Shown here in pieces: positions 38,365 through 51,776 of a stretch of 64,000 nucleotides of DNA; the first letter of the stretch is position 1, and every line of letters starts with the position of its first letter. The DNA comes from Schizochytrium sp. TIO01. Its lineage: Eukaryota; Protista; Bigyra: Labyrinthulomycetes. Position numbers and translations under genes: made by a program. The stretch is taken from assembly GCA_004764695.1 (NCBI GenBank), contig SMSO01000032.1:682001-746000 (forward strand), read 5' to 3'. A model generated the notes under the pieces. The model made no database searches. It was not told where the DNA came from and saw only the letters and a program-made list of their open reading frames with translations.

Positions 38365-38664
38365 TGGTGCTGCGTCGCCAGCCTGAAGACCAGACTCAGC
38401 TCAGAGGGCGCACAGCAAACAAAGAAAGAAACAAACCTACAATCTCCAGCAACCCGCTGACATTTTTGTTGGACGCACCCAAGCCACAGCCAAAGCCGAG
38501 CAAGAGTCGGTCAAGCTACCAGCCGGCAGGCAACAGCAAACCCGAAACTCGAAGACCTCGAACCACCAAACCCGAAACAAGCAAGCAAGCAAGCAAGTGA
38601 GCCAAGCTCCAAGCTCCAAGCAGCTGACACTTGTAAAGGCAACATTACATCCAAAACAGAAATC

Positions 38665-39687
38665 ATGATTGTCGGTGATGAGGAACTCGGCCAGGGCCAG
38701 CAGGTCCGCAACGGCGGCATGGCCTCCCCTGAGCAGCCCGTCAGCATGAACATGAACGGATTCCAGCACAACGATGAGAAGAGCATTGAGCCCCAGAGCC
38801 TTCAGAAGCGCTACGTCGCCTGGGTCCAGTCTCTTCGCCAGAACCCCACCGAGTCTTCTGATGAGATGCGCACCCCTACCTTCACCCGTGAGCTCATTGC
38901 TGAGTTCATTGGTTGCTTCATCCTCATCCTCTTTGGCTGCGGTATGAACGCGACTGCCACTCTCTTCGCTGCAAACGCTGGTCTTTTCCAGGTATCAGTT
39001 GTTTGGGGCTTCGCTGTTATTCTTGCCGTCTGGACCGTCGGCTCTGTCTCTGGTGCTCACATTAACCCTGCCGTGAGTTTCGCCCTCTGCCTCCTTCGCC
39101 CCGAGGCCTTCCCCGCGTGGAAGCTCGTGCCTTACTGGATTGCTCAACTTGTTGGCTGCTTCTTTGGTGCTGCCATTGTTTACCTCATGATGGGTACCTC
39201 CATCCAGTCTTTTGAGGACGTCAACGGCCTCGTCCGTGGTGAATTGGGAAGCGAATGGTCTGCCTCCATCTTCAGCATGTACTACCCGAACCCTGGTTTC
39301 CGCAACAACGCCGACCTTAACTGGGCTTACGGCCATGTCTCCACTGCTGGTTCCCTCGGCTGCGAGTTCCTTGGTACTGCTATTCTCATGTTCTCCATTC
39401 TTGCAATGAACGATGCCCGCAACCAGATGCGCCTTTCTCCTGGTGCCGCTGCTTGGGGTGTCGGTATGGTTATTATGCTTCTCGTTGCTCTCTTTGGTGC
39501 CATCAACCAGGCTGGCTACAACCCTGCCCGTGACCTTGGTCCCCGTCTCCTTGCTGCCTGCGCTGGCTGGGGCGAGATGGCCTTCCCTGGCCCCAAGGGT
39601 GGCTTCTGGGTCTACACCATCGGCCCTCTCCTCGGTGCCCCCTTTGGAGGTGCCATCCACGACTTTGTGCTCATGCGTGGCCTGTAA
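38665..39687 (+). CDS. Aquaglyceroporin (MIP family, GlpF-like), paralog 1
   Basis: AEFIG in helix 1, SGAHINPAVS (NPA at 39064), GYNPARDLGPR (39520), GlpF-type loop C (FEDVNGLVRG...SASIFSMYYPNP), six hydrophobic helices. Strong C/T-ending codon bias. Confidence 0.97.
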   Translation: MIVGDEELGQGQQVRNGGMASPEQPVSMNMNGFQHNDEKSIEPQSLQKRYVAWVQSLRQNPTESSDEMRTPTFTRELIAEFIGCFILILFGCGMNATATLFAANAGLFQVSVVWGFAVILAVWTVGSVSGAHINPAVSFALCLLRPEAFPAWKLVPYWIAQLVGCFFGAAIVYLMMGTSIQSFEDVNGLVRGELGSEWSASIFSMYYPNPGFRNNADLNWAYGHVSTAGSLGCEFLGTAILMFSILAMNDARNQMRLSPGAAAWGVGMVIMLLVALFGAINQAGYNPARDLGPRLLAACAGWGEMAFPGPKGGFWVYTIGPLLGAPFGGAIHDFVLMRGL

Positions 39688-42600
39688 AAAACATCGTATG
39701 CTTTTGCAAAACAACGACAACAACAATACTCATCTACCATCATGTGTCTAGCTGTCCCGATGTTTGTACTACGTTACCCCTCAAATACTCTTCATTTATT
39801 TCTCTTTCTAATCTCGAAACCTTTTTTTATAATATCATCTAGTCCTCAGGTTTGATGATACTCGCACTAAGTTATAAGCCGATTTATCTAATTTTCCAAG
39901 TCTCCATTCTCGTTCCTTCACCCTGCTCGCATGAGACTGTGAATTACCCGGCATCACGCGGAACTTCGATCTTTGAGGGAAATTGTATGACTTCATTTAC
40001 TCACCCGATGTAAGTTTGTGAACAGGTCTCGAGCTCGAAATTGCGCACATAGTTATGTTGTCTGATATACCAATTATAGTATCGAAGTAGTTGTTCAAGT
40101 GTCTGTCATATGACCAAGAAGATACAGCTTCAGCAATGTTTATTTCGTCGAAGCAATCATCACCCTTGACTAACTCTTTGCTGGTTAAATCCCTTGTGTC
40201 AACTTTTTAATTATTTGCCACAGTTCGCATAATGATATTTCTGATACATCAAGCCTGGGGCAAGTATAAAGGTGAAAATGTTCCCAGTATCTAGAACCTA
40301 TCGTCATGGTGCATGGAATTGCAGATTCACGTGCCTTCCTTTTGCGGTTCACATTTTCCTATAAAAGTTATTTATAGAAAACTCTACTCATAATACCTCC
40401 ACTAGTAGTTCTCTTACGATCCTGCTGGCCTTCATATGTTCGGAACTGAGTGTCTCCCAAAAGGGAGCTGGGGCGTACTAACCCACTTAGCATAATATCT
40501 ACTGTACCCGAGGATGAATCTGGATCAGAAAGAGTTCATTGCAACCTATATAACAGGTCGGTCTGACTCAGGTTGGCCCATAATAAGAGTAAGAAAAGGC
40601 AAATTGTCATTCATTTTATCGTCCATTCCAGTATGTTTTGGGCGACATTAGCGGTCGTGCTGGCGAAAGAGAAGGATAGCAAAGGCTCTGGAGGCATTAG
40701 CTTTGTTTCTGTGCAATTTTGGCGTTCAATAGAACCGAGGGGCCCTTTCAGTAACATTCGTTTCACTCGTTTCACTCGTGTCTACGCAGATTATGTTGCT
40801 GATGGCCAGTTTGGCCCCTCATGGCGGGTCTTTCATTATTTTAGTGCAACGATGGAGCCGCTTTAGCTTTGAAAGAGGGTCTATAGCAAGTAGAAACACA
40901 GGCAAAACTGAGGGTGAGATGGAAGGCAAGGGCGCGGTGGAAGAAAATGCAAGAGTGAAGAGGCAAACAAGGCTGAGCCTGAAGCACACGAAGGTTTACT
41001 CGAATTAAGTCCATGGAGATGCTGGGCCGGGGAGCACTTGGCCGAGTGCAGACGTCAAAGGAGGGAAAAGTGAGTCTCTGGCCCAGCTTGTGGGAGATAC
41101 GCAGATAAAGTTGACAAGGAGGTTAAACACACAACCAAGGCCTTGCTCTGGCAGATTCAATTCGAGGAGAGATGGTGTTTTTCTGATTTGAACTCCTAGG
41201 AAAGCGAAAAGCAAGTCTCTTAGTTGCGCTTCACCTGTTCTCCACCCTGCCTGGACACGTCAGAAACAGCAGAAAAAAACAGGAACTCCTATATGAATAT
41301 AGATATCAGGTGATCTTCAACCATCATTGCCGTAGTCAATACGAGCATGGGAAATCAAAAAAATCTAGAGTAAGATTTGCCCTCAAACCATGATTGGCAG
41401 TCCATGACTTCTGCATGAAAAGTAGCACATGATGGCGCTCGTTCAAAACAGTGGCCGAAGGGAGGCCCAGGCTTTACCAAAATCAACTATAGACCTCTAA
41501 TAGGTTGCGGAAACATCTTAGGTAGACTTCGATGCAGTCAATACAGATGAACAGGAAGGAGAATATACTTTCCAGTACTAGATCATCATCAAGTATACCT
41601 CAAACCCCTGTTGCTGAGTTGGTCGCCATAGCTCATCCATACTCCGTGGACATTTTCTTGCTTCTCTCGCACTATTTCAACCTTATTTTCATGAATACAC
41701 GAAAGAATAGAGTCAGCGGAGTTCTTGGATGCTGTCAACCGAGGAAGTACAGGAAGGACCACCGTACGAAGATATGCAAGATTTGGCTTTGGCTTCGACA
41801 TTCGGTGCATCATATTGTTTTTGAAGAAGCTCAAGTTAGCTAAAACCTTTATTTAGCTATGATGTGGAGTTCGGCTACGCGATAGAAAACCTCATCGGCA
41901 CTCTCCCTTCTTTTATCTCCAGTTCTGCAAATTAAACTGTGCTGACTTTTCTTGGGTGGAAAAAAGTACTACCTTCCTGGGCACCTACCAACTTGGATTG
42001 TTTCATTACTGAATCTGTAGCAGGATGAAGCTGGTGTAGGATCGATCTCTTAATTAATGGCAATAAATTCCAACCTTTGGTCTTTGCTATATGCGTACAC
42101 ATGCGCTACCTAGCCACAAAATAGGTCGTAAATGATCAAAACAGCCTCGTTGCATTTCCTGATTCATATTTCGCATGCCTAGTCTGTCGAGTGGAACGAG
42201 ATCCGAGAGCTCTCATCTTCAGATAAATCCGTCCCAGAACGAGGCCATTGGAAGCTATAGCAGTCTTTGCCTTAACATCATTTGTGTAGTTGCGAGTCAG
42301 AAAACAAACGATGAGAACCGTGGCATAAGCAAAGAGCATAAACAAACCAGTATTAAAGCAGTCAACAATCTATGTATGAAGAACTGTAGCGGAATTGTCC
42401 TTTTCAAATTCCCAGACTTTCTTGCAAGGCAGTATCTCTATTTTAAAGCGTCTATTAAATTAGAATGATACTGTCCGAGTCTTCAGCAACATGCGAGACA
42501 TAGCAAGTTCAAATTGTAGACTCCTATGGCTTGTCTGCATACACTTCACTCTACCCACCGTCCCATCATGTATTCGACATTTTAGAAAATCTCTGTCCTA

Positions 42601-45600
42601 GCGCATGGGTTCTTGAGCTTATATATCTGCAAATCAAAATCTAGTTCTTCTTCCTTTTCTAAAACCAATCACCAAGATAGTTCATTCTTGAGCTGATGAT
42701 GAAAAATAATCATTCAAGTCTAGCTTTGCTGCAATAGTCAATGCGAATAATTCATACGTTCTGCTACGACTTTCACCTCTAAAGCTGCTTGCGACTTCAA
42801 TTAACGGAGATTCAAAACAGTGTCTTCCCTCAGGAACGTCAACGAGACTGTTTTTGACAAAGGAACAATTTTTCTTCCCTAAAATTCATAAAGCTTGAAG
42901 AGGTAGCTGCGCAATCCTTTGTGTAAGAGAAAAGCGTAAATTCTGAAATTGTCAAGCTACCTCCAATTTTTGAGTTCCTCCATTATCTTGTCTTCAATGA
43001 AAAATATACATAGCAGCAACTGTGATGGTGGCGAAATTTCATTTGACAATACAAACCTTAGACATGACACTAACCTTAGTAAGAATTGAAACCTCTTAAG
43101 CCAAAGGTAACCTGACCTACTTTTCCAGGACTTGACTGAGGGAATGTTGCGCTGAGTGCGAAAGAGAAGTCTAAATTTGGTCAGCATGCACCTTCTAGAG
43201 ATACTAAGCAGCATGCATTGCATGCATTCATATTTTGCAGGCACGCAAAAGCAAAGTTCTCGCATAATTTGATCGCTCTACTCATTTCTCCTAATGTAGT
43301 ACGTTCAACAGAACAAAACCCAATGAAGCTTGTTCTCGCAACGAGGATCTCGTTTAAAAACAACATTTCGAACGCGGCCAACAAAGAAATCCTCAACGCG
43401 TAGTTAGCTGACAACGCTAACTTGATGCTTGAATTTTTCGCGGAACGTTAAATCCCAAATGACTATGATCCATGTTTTTTTCTTGGATCGCTTGAACTAC
43501 AGCTGAGGTCTGTTCTTCACAGCAACAACAAGAATAATCGAGGGAAGACAAATGAGACACACTCAAATTTGTTTGCGTAGGTCAAAGATGTTTCACTTGA
43601 AGATTTGCCAATTTGAATATGCTAAATTTTGACTAGTCCGCTCCGCTTGAAGTATTTTCTTGGTCTTCAAGCGGTCCACATTTCGTCCATGAGCAATTCA
43701 GAGGTAGTCCAACAGAGGTGAGCAAGATCTTAAACCGCCAAAACCCTGGGCTATACCTTTTCTGGTGACTTCAGCATTTAAATGCTACGATTTAGTGGTT
43801 TACATCTTCACATCCTTAAACGTGGCATGGTAGTTGTTGAACTGACCTTGGGAAGTTTCTTCTTCGCGCAACATTCTGCAGATCACTGCTTGTCAATCAT
43901 CTTCCCCAGGCTAGGCGAATACACAGATGAGAACGGTCAACTCCAGTAGTAAGTCGCCCAGCTCGCTGATTCCGTCCCTGTCAGTCGCTCTCCTCTCATG
44001 CGCTAAGAACTCTCTCGTTCAGTCTTTGCGTTGGAAACAAGAAAAACTGATGGCTTTAGCCGTGTCTAAAACTTCTCATTGAGATCTCGAGGCCGACTTT
44101 TGTGGACAGCCTTGGTCACTCACAAAGGTTTAAGGATGTCTGATCCAATAATCGACGTCAAAAAGTTTTTTCTTTTTCCTTTTACTCTTTTTTTTCCCTC
44201 ATGGGACCTCATTCCAATCTCAACAGCTGGATCTGCTATGTGAATATCTGTTGACTTGTGCGTTTTGCTGCTGTAATGAGAATGCCGTGAGCCACGAAGT
44301 TTGAGCGTGTGGTGAATTCGATCAAGTACTTTCGCTGCGTTTTTGAAAGCACTAATTTACCCCTTCCTTCCTCAAGGACAAAAAAATGCCAATTCACGAA
44401 TCCACAGTGAAGGTCCATGCAAGCAAACGTAGCCACTTTGGTCAATGGCAGTGTTTAATGAGAAAGGTAACAACACAATTGCATCAAGACGAATGCCTAA
44501 AGGTTGTCCAAACAAGACATACTTAAAGTGGCTTGAGAAAGATGACCGCATGTTCCAGAGGTACTGATCAACTCATCGTATCAGAATGTTAAGAAAGAGC
44601 CGGGTATGAAATAATAGAAGATGCATGAGGGTTGTCAAGTTGCAGATTGCTGGTCTCCAAGTGTTACCTAGTCTGTGCGCCTCAATACAAATAAATGTGT
44701 CGTGTTGTAGTATCGTCAGATGCCACATGCAAATTTTGATTTAATTTGGCTCTTCGCAACATCTCTGTGCGCATTTAGTAAAAAAAAAAATCAGACCCTA
44801 ATAAATTGAGATCATGGGCCACAACTTGAGGGGATATTTGAAATCGATCAACCAGACATATTTTTACTTCCTGCCAACCACACGATAAAATAACGAGAAA
44901 ACACCGCCATACGAATCCCGCACCGTTTATGAGTATCAATTCCGAATGACTATCAAGCAACAGAATAAAGTAGATTGCTAGTACCAAGAGAATTTCCACT
45001 TCTTTCTATGGTGCTGCGTTCGTAAGTAGCCACCAAACATTTGATTTCTTGTAACTTGTGGAACCGCAATTTCGAAGGCCCATAGTACATTTTTCCTGCG
45101 CGAAATCAAGGCGGCCTGTCACCAGCGAGTCATCTGCTGCCTAGATGTGACGACAGCCTCCGATGCAGCTTGCCAACGCTTTGTAGCACTTCGCGTTTCG
45201 ATCTGGCAGTTGAATCTGGGTTCTCGACAGCTAAGAGCAACTTGCAATTGAGCGGGCGGGGGATTCTTAGGGTGGAAATTCTTGCTTGACGAGTTTAAAG
45301 GTTGCTTACAACTGCCTGAGGATTGCCCACTCTGACTTTGTCCTTGCGCCCGCAAAATTGAAGGTCCCGACATATTGCACACGTATTTGATGTCATCCTT
45401 GCATAATACTTACTTGGCACACATTTTGCAGGGCCACTGCGATGCACTGCTGTACTCGCTGCGTCATCATCACCAGGCACGCGGAGTCTGTTGACTTGGT
45501 CCAAGACTAAAGACTAAAGTGCGACAAAGGCCCCTTTCTTTGCTTCATCTTCAAGTGAACTTCGATTTTGCTATTTTCGCAACAGCTGGCAGCGGTGGCC

Positions 45601-48600
45601 GCGAGCGAGGACACGGAAAGAGCTTGAGCTCTCACGAATTACAGATCTTGCTACTACGCACACCTCCCTATAACAAGGTTGCATACTTGCAAAAGTCAGG
45701 AATCACGATAGTAAGGAGTGAGCTAAAATAAAATTCACCAACTCGACGAGGTGCATAAAATTTTAATTGGAAGGCGCAACAGCCGACCTCGCGAAAGCAG
45801 ATCCTACTAGCAGACGCTGTTCGTTTAGAAAAAAAAATAAAAAGAATCAGGAAAGAAATTGCATAAAAACGGAAATAACGAGCAGCCGCTTTGGCCTGAT
45901 CGACCGACTGACAGATCGATCACTCACTCATGTGCATTCCTTTCACTTCCTCCTTGTGCGTGCGTGCAAAGGTTTCAAGTTTCTATCCAATCAAGCCAGC
46001 CGGCTTCGCTTTGACAAAACTGCGGCTTCACTCTTTTCCAAAGCTCTTCTCCAACTCGAAGAAGAGGAAGTGCCCAACTTGAACGAAGAACCCGCTCATT
46101 TCCTCAAACGAGGCACCGCGTTCGCCAACCCATCTATAATCAATTCCATGTACGACATAACCAGAGTGAGTGAATGAGTGAGTGAGGCATGCTTGCCCAA
46201 ATGCAGCATATATAGATAGATAGCCACGGTAGTAGGTACATCCATCATTCATACGGACATACACAACAGATGCTGGAAAGAATTGGACAGCAGCGCCGCA
46301 TTCAAAATATAAGAAGACATAAGCGGCGAACGCGCTGCCTCTGCAAATGGAAGCGTAGGTGGGATTCAGAGGCCGCTTCGGACCCTGCTTTCTTCGCACC
46401 GTTTCCTTCTGCGAGAATTCGCGGGCTTGCTTCTTCCTAAAGCCTAGCGCACTCCCTATTCCAGTTAAGTTATACCCATCCATCTATATCAATCATGGCA
46501 AAAGAAAAACAGAAAGTAAGAAACCAGCGTCATCCCCATCTTGCCAAACTTGGTCATTTACAGCTGCGCCTGCTCCATAGCGCGCTCAGGCTCGCCGGTA
46601 CCTGGCCAACTCAACGTGCCGCAGCTGCACGATGGCAGGACCTCGCCATTCATTACAACGGCACCTGAGGCGAAGGATTTGAGAAGGAGAAAGTAAGAAA
46701 GCGAGAGAGAACGTTCTGTTAACCAGCCTCGAGAACAGAACGCAAAGCGAAGAACAGAACGAGGCGAAGAACTGGAGAAACCTCGAAAGAAGCTGTGGCT
46801 GCAGTCAGGTGAAGCCCGGCTCTGGCGCGAGAAGGCACACGCCGCGAGCAGATGGAGCGTTCGAGCCCAGCTGGCGGTGGCTGCATGCAGACAGGTTCCT
46901 CGGCACCACCGCAGAGCATCGAGGGAGACTGAAGATACGAGACGAAACCAGAGGTGAGGCAAAGCGAGGCAAAGGCCTTAAGAAGTGAACAAATGAAAGT
47001 ATGAATGAATGCATGCCTGGAGTTCTTTCTGTTCACAATAGTACTTTGGAACAGGGGAGGGTTTTGGAACACGCGGGCGGGCAGGTAGAGTGAACACGAG
47101 AGAACAGAACAGAACAGAACGGCTCGCAGAGAGCAGACAGAGCGCAGGAAGGGCAGACATAGACTGTCTCGAGTGAAGGGAGGTCTCCTTACTTACCTAC
47201 TTACTTATTATAACAGGAAGGTACCGCGTGACCACGACGATGGGTTTATGGGGGAATCGACCAATTCGAATGTGAAATAGAGAAACTTGAAAGGAACTGC
47301 AGCTTAGACGGACATGCATGAAAGAAAGAAAGAAAGCTCAACGGGAAAGGGGAGACGCGCCTAATACTTAGCTAGCGATGGATAGCAGCTGCAGCCGGTA
47401 AGTAGTTCTGGAGGAGGTGCTGTCGAGGCGGAGAACTCCTCCAACTGCAAGGGGACCAATCAGAAGCGGCAGAGGTCGCCGATCCGGGGCGAGCGAGTGA
47501 GGGAGGCGAGAACGCCGAGCAGCCACAAAGTCCGCATCTCCACGGTGCTGGCGAAGGCTGATAGGCCTGCAGCACAAATCTACGAGCGAGTGCAGGTGCC
47601 TTGGGATCCTTGTGTAGGTATTTTCGCCCTTCACGAATCTATTGCCTCCGCTTTTGCTGCTACCATTTTTACTCCTTTTCTACCTGCCATAGAGATACCA
47701 TATCATATCTAGCGGCACTTTCCCTTAGTTTTTTTTATTATTTTTGTTTGTACTCGCTCATTTACTTATTTATTTATTTATTTTGCAAACTTTGAAAATA
47801 AAGAAACAAACAAAAAATCACGAAAGTATGACACCTACCTACCTTCAAGCTCCCAGAGTGGTTGTTTTTTGTTGTTTTTGTTTTTTTGTTTTGCCCAACA
47901 CAAGCGCTTTTCGCTCGATCCTGACGCGCCTTCTGTCGATAAGGCCTCGCGGACTCTTCTCCTGCGCCAGCTATCCAAGATGACGACGGCCTCCTGGCGA
48001 GCGAAAGCAGGCCGTGGTGGAGATAGGCAGCGATGTCTCATTCCAAAGCTTGAGCATTTGAAAGAGAGAAAGAGACACCTTCGCCGTACAATCTTCTTCC
48101 TATGACGCTGCGTTCAGTGTCACCTCGTCTACTGGGATTTGAATCTGACTTCCAAAACGCGGTCCACAGGTTCCCAAAGCGAGGCTCGGGTAGGACCCCC
48201 TAAGGGCTGCCTAGGCGTAAACACCGATGATCAAGACACAGGCTTCCTTTCCCTCGAGCGCGCTTGCCGCCGTTTCTCGCTCAAACTAGGATCAAGAACT
48301 TAATACTCGCCTCTCGAGGGTTATTTCTCATCATCTTTGACAAGTACACATGCCTCCGATCGGAAGAAATTCGAAGAGATAGTGCATGCTGCATCATAAT
48401 GCTGGAGGTCCTCCGCTTGAAATTCCTAACTTCTTCTTCATCTTCTTGTGGTGATTTTACACTTTGAAGATGATGATTAAAAAATAACACGAAAGCGGAC
48501 ATACACATTACAGATTTTGAAGGAAAGCTTTGGTCATTGCGGCGAATCAAACTCCTGGCCGCTCTTCTCGAAAGGCTGGCAATGTAGCACTGCAGCGTCG

Positions 48601-51600
48601 AGGGCCGCGGCTGAATGGTGCAGTTCCCACGCAGCCGCGCTCGCTCGATCGCTGGCCCGCACCGCTTCGCTTCCACCTGCCGACCGCCGGGCGTGCTGCA
48701 GATTCCGGGGAGAGCGAGAAAAAACTTAAATCGCTAGCGCATGACATCCACTCCTACTATAATTTGTATCCAATTTTCAGATGAATGGTCTTGCTTGTGC
48801 AAACAATAACTAGAAGCACTTGACAAAATACTACTGCTCCTTAGAGTAATTGTTTTATGAAAACCTTGAAGACTTTGATTACGTTGTTGTAAATACTCTC
48901 TTTTCTGGCCGTCATGTCCTTTCCGATCTCGCTTCAAGTCCGTCAAGACGCTCTGCATCTTGGAATGCCAGAATGCGTACGTCAAGAGCCTGCAGCTCGC
49001 TTCTTGTAGCATGGAGCACTCCTCAAAATATTCGCACATATTTGCGACATGCAATCGCATGAGCCACCCAGGCCACTCGCTCTATAGGTCAATTCACTTG
49101 TCTTCGCCACCAATCTGAAGTCCCGCAGTCTGGGACGAGAATGCCACCAACGAGCTCGGAGCTGGCATTCGTTGCCTAAAGTCAGTCTCATGAATTAATT
49201 TGAAGACGATCAATGAACTTGTCAATAATCGCCGATCTGTCGTGAGACGAAAAACGGCCGGCTGGCCAAAGGATCGCTCGCCCAGGACACCGCTACTTGC
49301 CGCCCGTGGAACCGTAGGAGGAGCCAGGAGGCGTATCTTGGCTACCTGTTTCGGCGTATCGCGCGGCCTTAGCCCGCCTTGGCTCCACGCCTAGGGGCTG
49401 GTTATGGCCCGCTAGGCAGGACACGAAACTACACCAGAACAGCTCGATCCACGACTTTTATTTCTTTCTCATTCCTCAACTCGAAGGCTCGCACATCGCG
49501 TTGAAAGTAAGCAAGGCCAGAACTCTCAAAGGCTCTTCGGTAGTAGCTAGAATTTGTTAGCTCGCGGAGATTCCAACCTCTTACAGTTTTTTAGATAAAC
49601 AAATGGTTTTGTTCAATTTCCATTAACCAGAGCAGAAGGAAAGAGTTCCTCAAGTTCCTCCTCACTTCTTCTTTCTCCTCTCTGAGCCGTATGCGATTCA
49701 GCTGTGACTTTTTTTCTCCAACATTCTTTCTCCTCCATATTTCCTCCTCACTTTCCATACCTTCTACTGCGGCATCTAGCGGGTACTACTGCTCTAAACT
49801 TATTAAGCTTAAAGTCGCAGAGGAGGAGGAAGACCAAAAAAATCTCTCTGATAGCTAGCTAGCTCTAGCTAGAAAAACAACGCTCGTACCTGTGGAAATA
49901 AACAGATGGGTTCGTCAGAGTTGGCCATCCGCTCGCTCGCCGCGAGACGCTTGCGAAGGCACCGCCTCGGTTTGGTTCTGGGCTCAACGCTGTGCTGAGA
50001 GTGCAGCCAGAGGCCGCCGGCTGGCTGCTTTGCCGCTTTGCAGGGCAGCTGAAAAGGGTTCTTCGGGCGTGCAGAAGCGCACGAGGAAAGGCGAAGGAAA
50101 CGAAAGAAACGAATGAATGAAAGAATGAATACCAAATGGATCTCGACGGCTCCGTCTTCGCCCACGAGGAGCGTCGAACCATAGACGATGATTGAATCCG
50201 ACACCTTCTGCGCCTATCAAATCCTGAAACATGCAGGTCATACCGACGCTGAAAGGCGCGTTGTCTGATCCATTCTCCAGTTCGTCCTCAATCCATCACG
50301 ATCTCGTCGATGTTTTGATGGCGAAGACATTGCCGATGTTGGTATCGACAGCTCAATTCATTCAAACGCGATCGTGAGAATTAGGGATCACATTAATCGC
50401 GACTGCCACGAGAAGTTTAAAAGAACTTGGGCAGGCGGAACCCAGAGTGCTCAATTACCCAACTAACTAACTAACTAGCTAGCTAGCTAGCTGTCAGGCC
50501 GACCAAGCTGTCATGGCAGCAGCAGCAGAGCAACGAGAATGACAGCAAGGCAGCATGAATTGTGTCATACCGCCCTCTCCGGCGAGGCCCACGAGTTAGA
50601 TCGATCTTAGGTCAATGGATAAACCGATCAGTAGCTGCCGAATTGCATCCAAAGCTGCTTCTCGTTAGAAGGCAAGCTTTAAAAGCATTTTAAAAACGTT
50701 TTTTAAAAATTAAATTTTTAAAAAAGATGCCAAGATTTCTGCCACTTGGTAGAAGAACCACGATCTACACACTCACTCGCTCCACAAGGCAGAAGTCCTA
50801 AAGAAAGACCAAGCCAACGAAGGCAGGCTTCCCTAGCTAACTAGGTAGCCACGCACAGCCGCGACAGCTTTCGTCTTCAGCGGCAGCATTGTCTGGCACT
50901 GCTAGCACCACGTCTGCTGCTTGGTCCTGTGCAGCGGCCAGGACAGCGCGATTGACGTGCGGGGGTTATGAAAATGATGTCCTTGCCTTTTTCAGCGAGA
51001 GAGGATTTTCATTCCTTTCTTTGTCTCTTTCGTTATTCAGGAATAAAAGAAACTTTGAAAGGAAAGAACTTACACAAAGAATCCTTTTTAGATTGATGAG
51101 TTGCCAAAAGCTCGGGAAGCACATCCATCATGATGGTCGTGTAATTTGTGCTGGTTTCAATGGCCCTCGTAGCCTAGTGCGAAGACGGTGTCGGCGTCAG
51201 TTAAAGCAATTCCCCCTAGAACGCGCAGTGATGATAGTTATTCTGCTCCTTATGTTGCCGCTCAGGCTGAGACTGTTTCTGTTTCCGTGTGAGCTGCTGC
51301 ACTGGGCAGACAGAACTCCTCTTCAGAGCTACTCATAGGTCATAACAAAAAGGAAGGAAGCCTTCTTTGGGAGCACTCCGTCAGTGGCAGTTCGAGGGAA
51401 TAATGTAAGTACGCTATTCGAAGTCAGTGCGTAAGAGTCTAGGTGCCTACGTAGAAAATGCTACTCAGCACAAAACTGACGAGAGCAAAGCTACGGCGAA
51501 TGGCGTATCCTAGAAGTGCTCGCCCACTGACCAAAGCAAATCCAGAACTCCTCTGCAGACATCCAAGTCTGTCTAGGGGTTGACACACGCAAAGCATCAA

Positions 51601-51776
51601 ATATAACCGCAGCTTGTGACTTGAGTTGGGGAGTGCCCCGCGCAAGCACCAGCAAGCAGCAAATCCCAAACTGCCACGGAGCCCGGAGCTACCGTGAATA
51701 AATCCCTTTCTCTCACTACAGAGCAGTACTCAACATTACGTCATTTCAACAGGAGCCGGGAGCATCAAAGCTCAAC

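Noticed and set aside
38995-39726. 243-aa antisense ORF over aquaglyceroporin 1
   Set aside because: Shadow ORF expected from the sense gene's strong codon bias.
43643-43674. 10-bp perfect hairpin CCGCTTGAAG/CTTCAAGCGG
   Set aside because: About one such stem is expected by chance in 64 kb; no other support.
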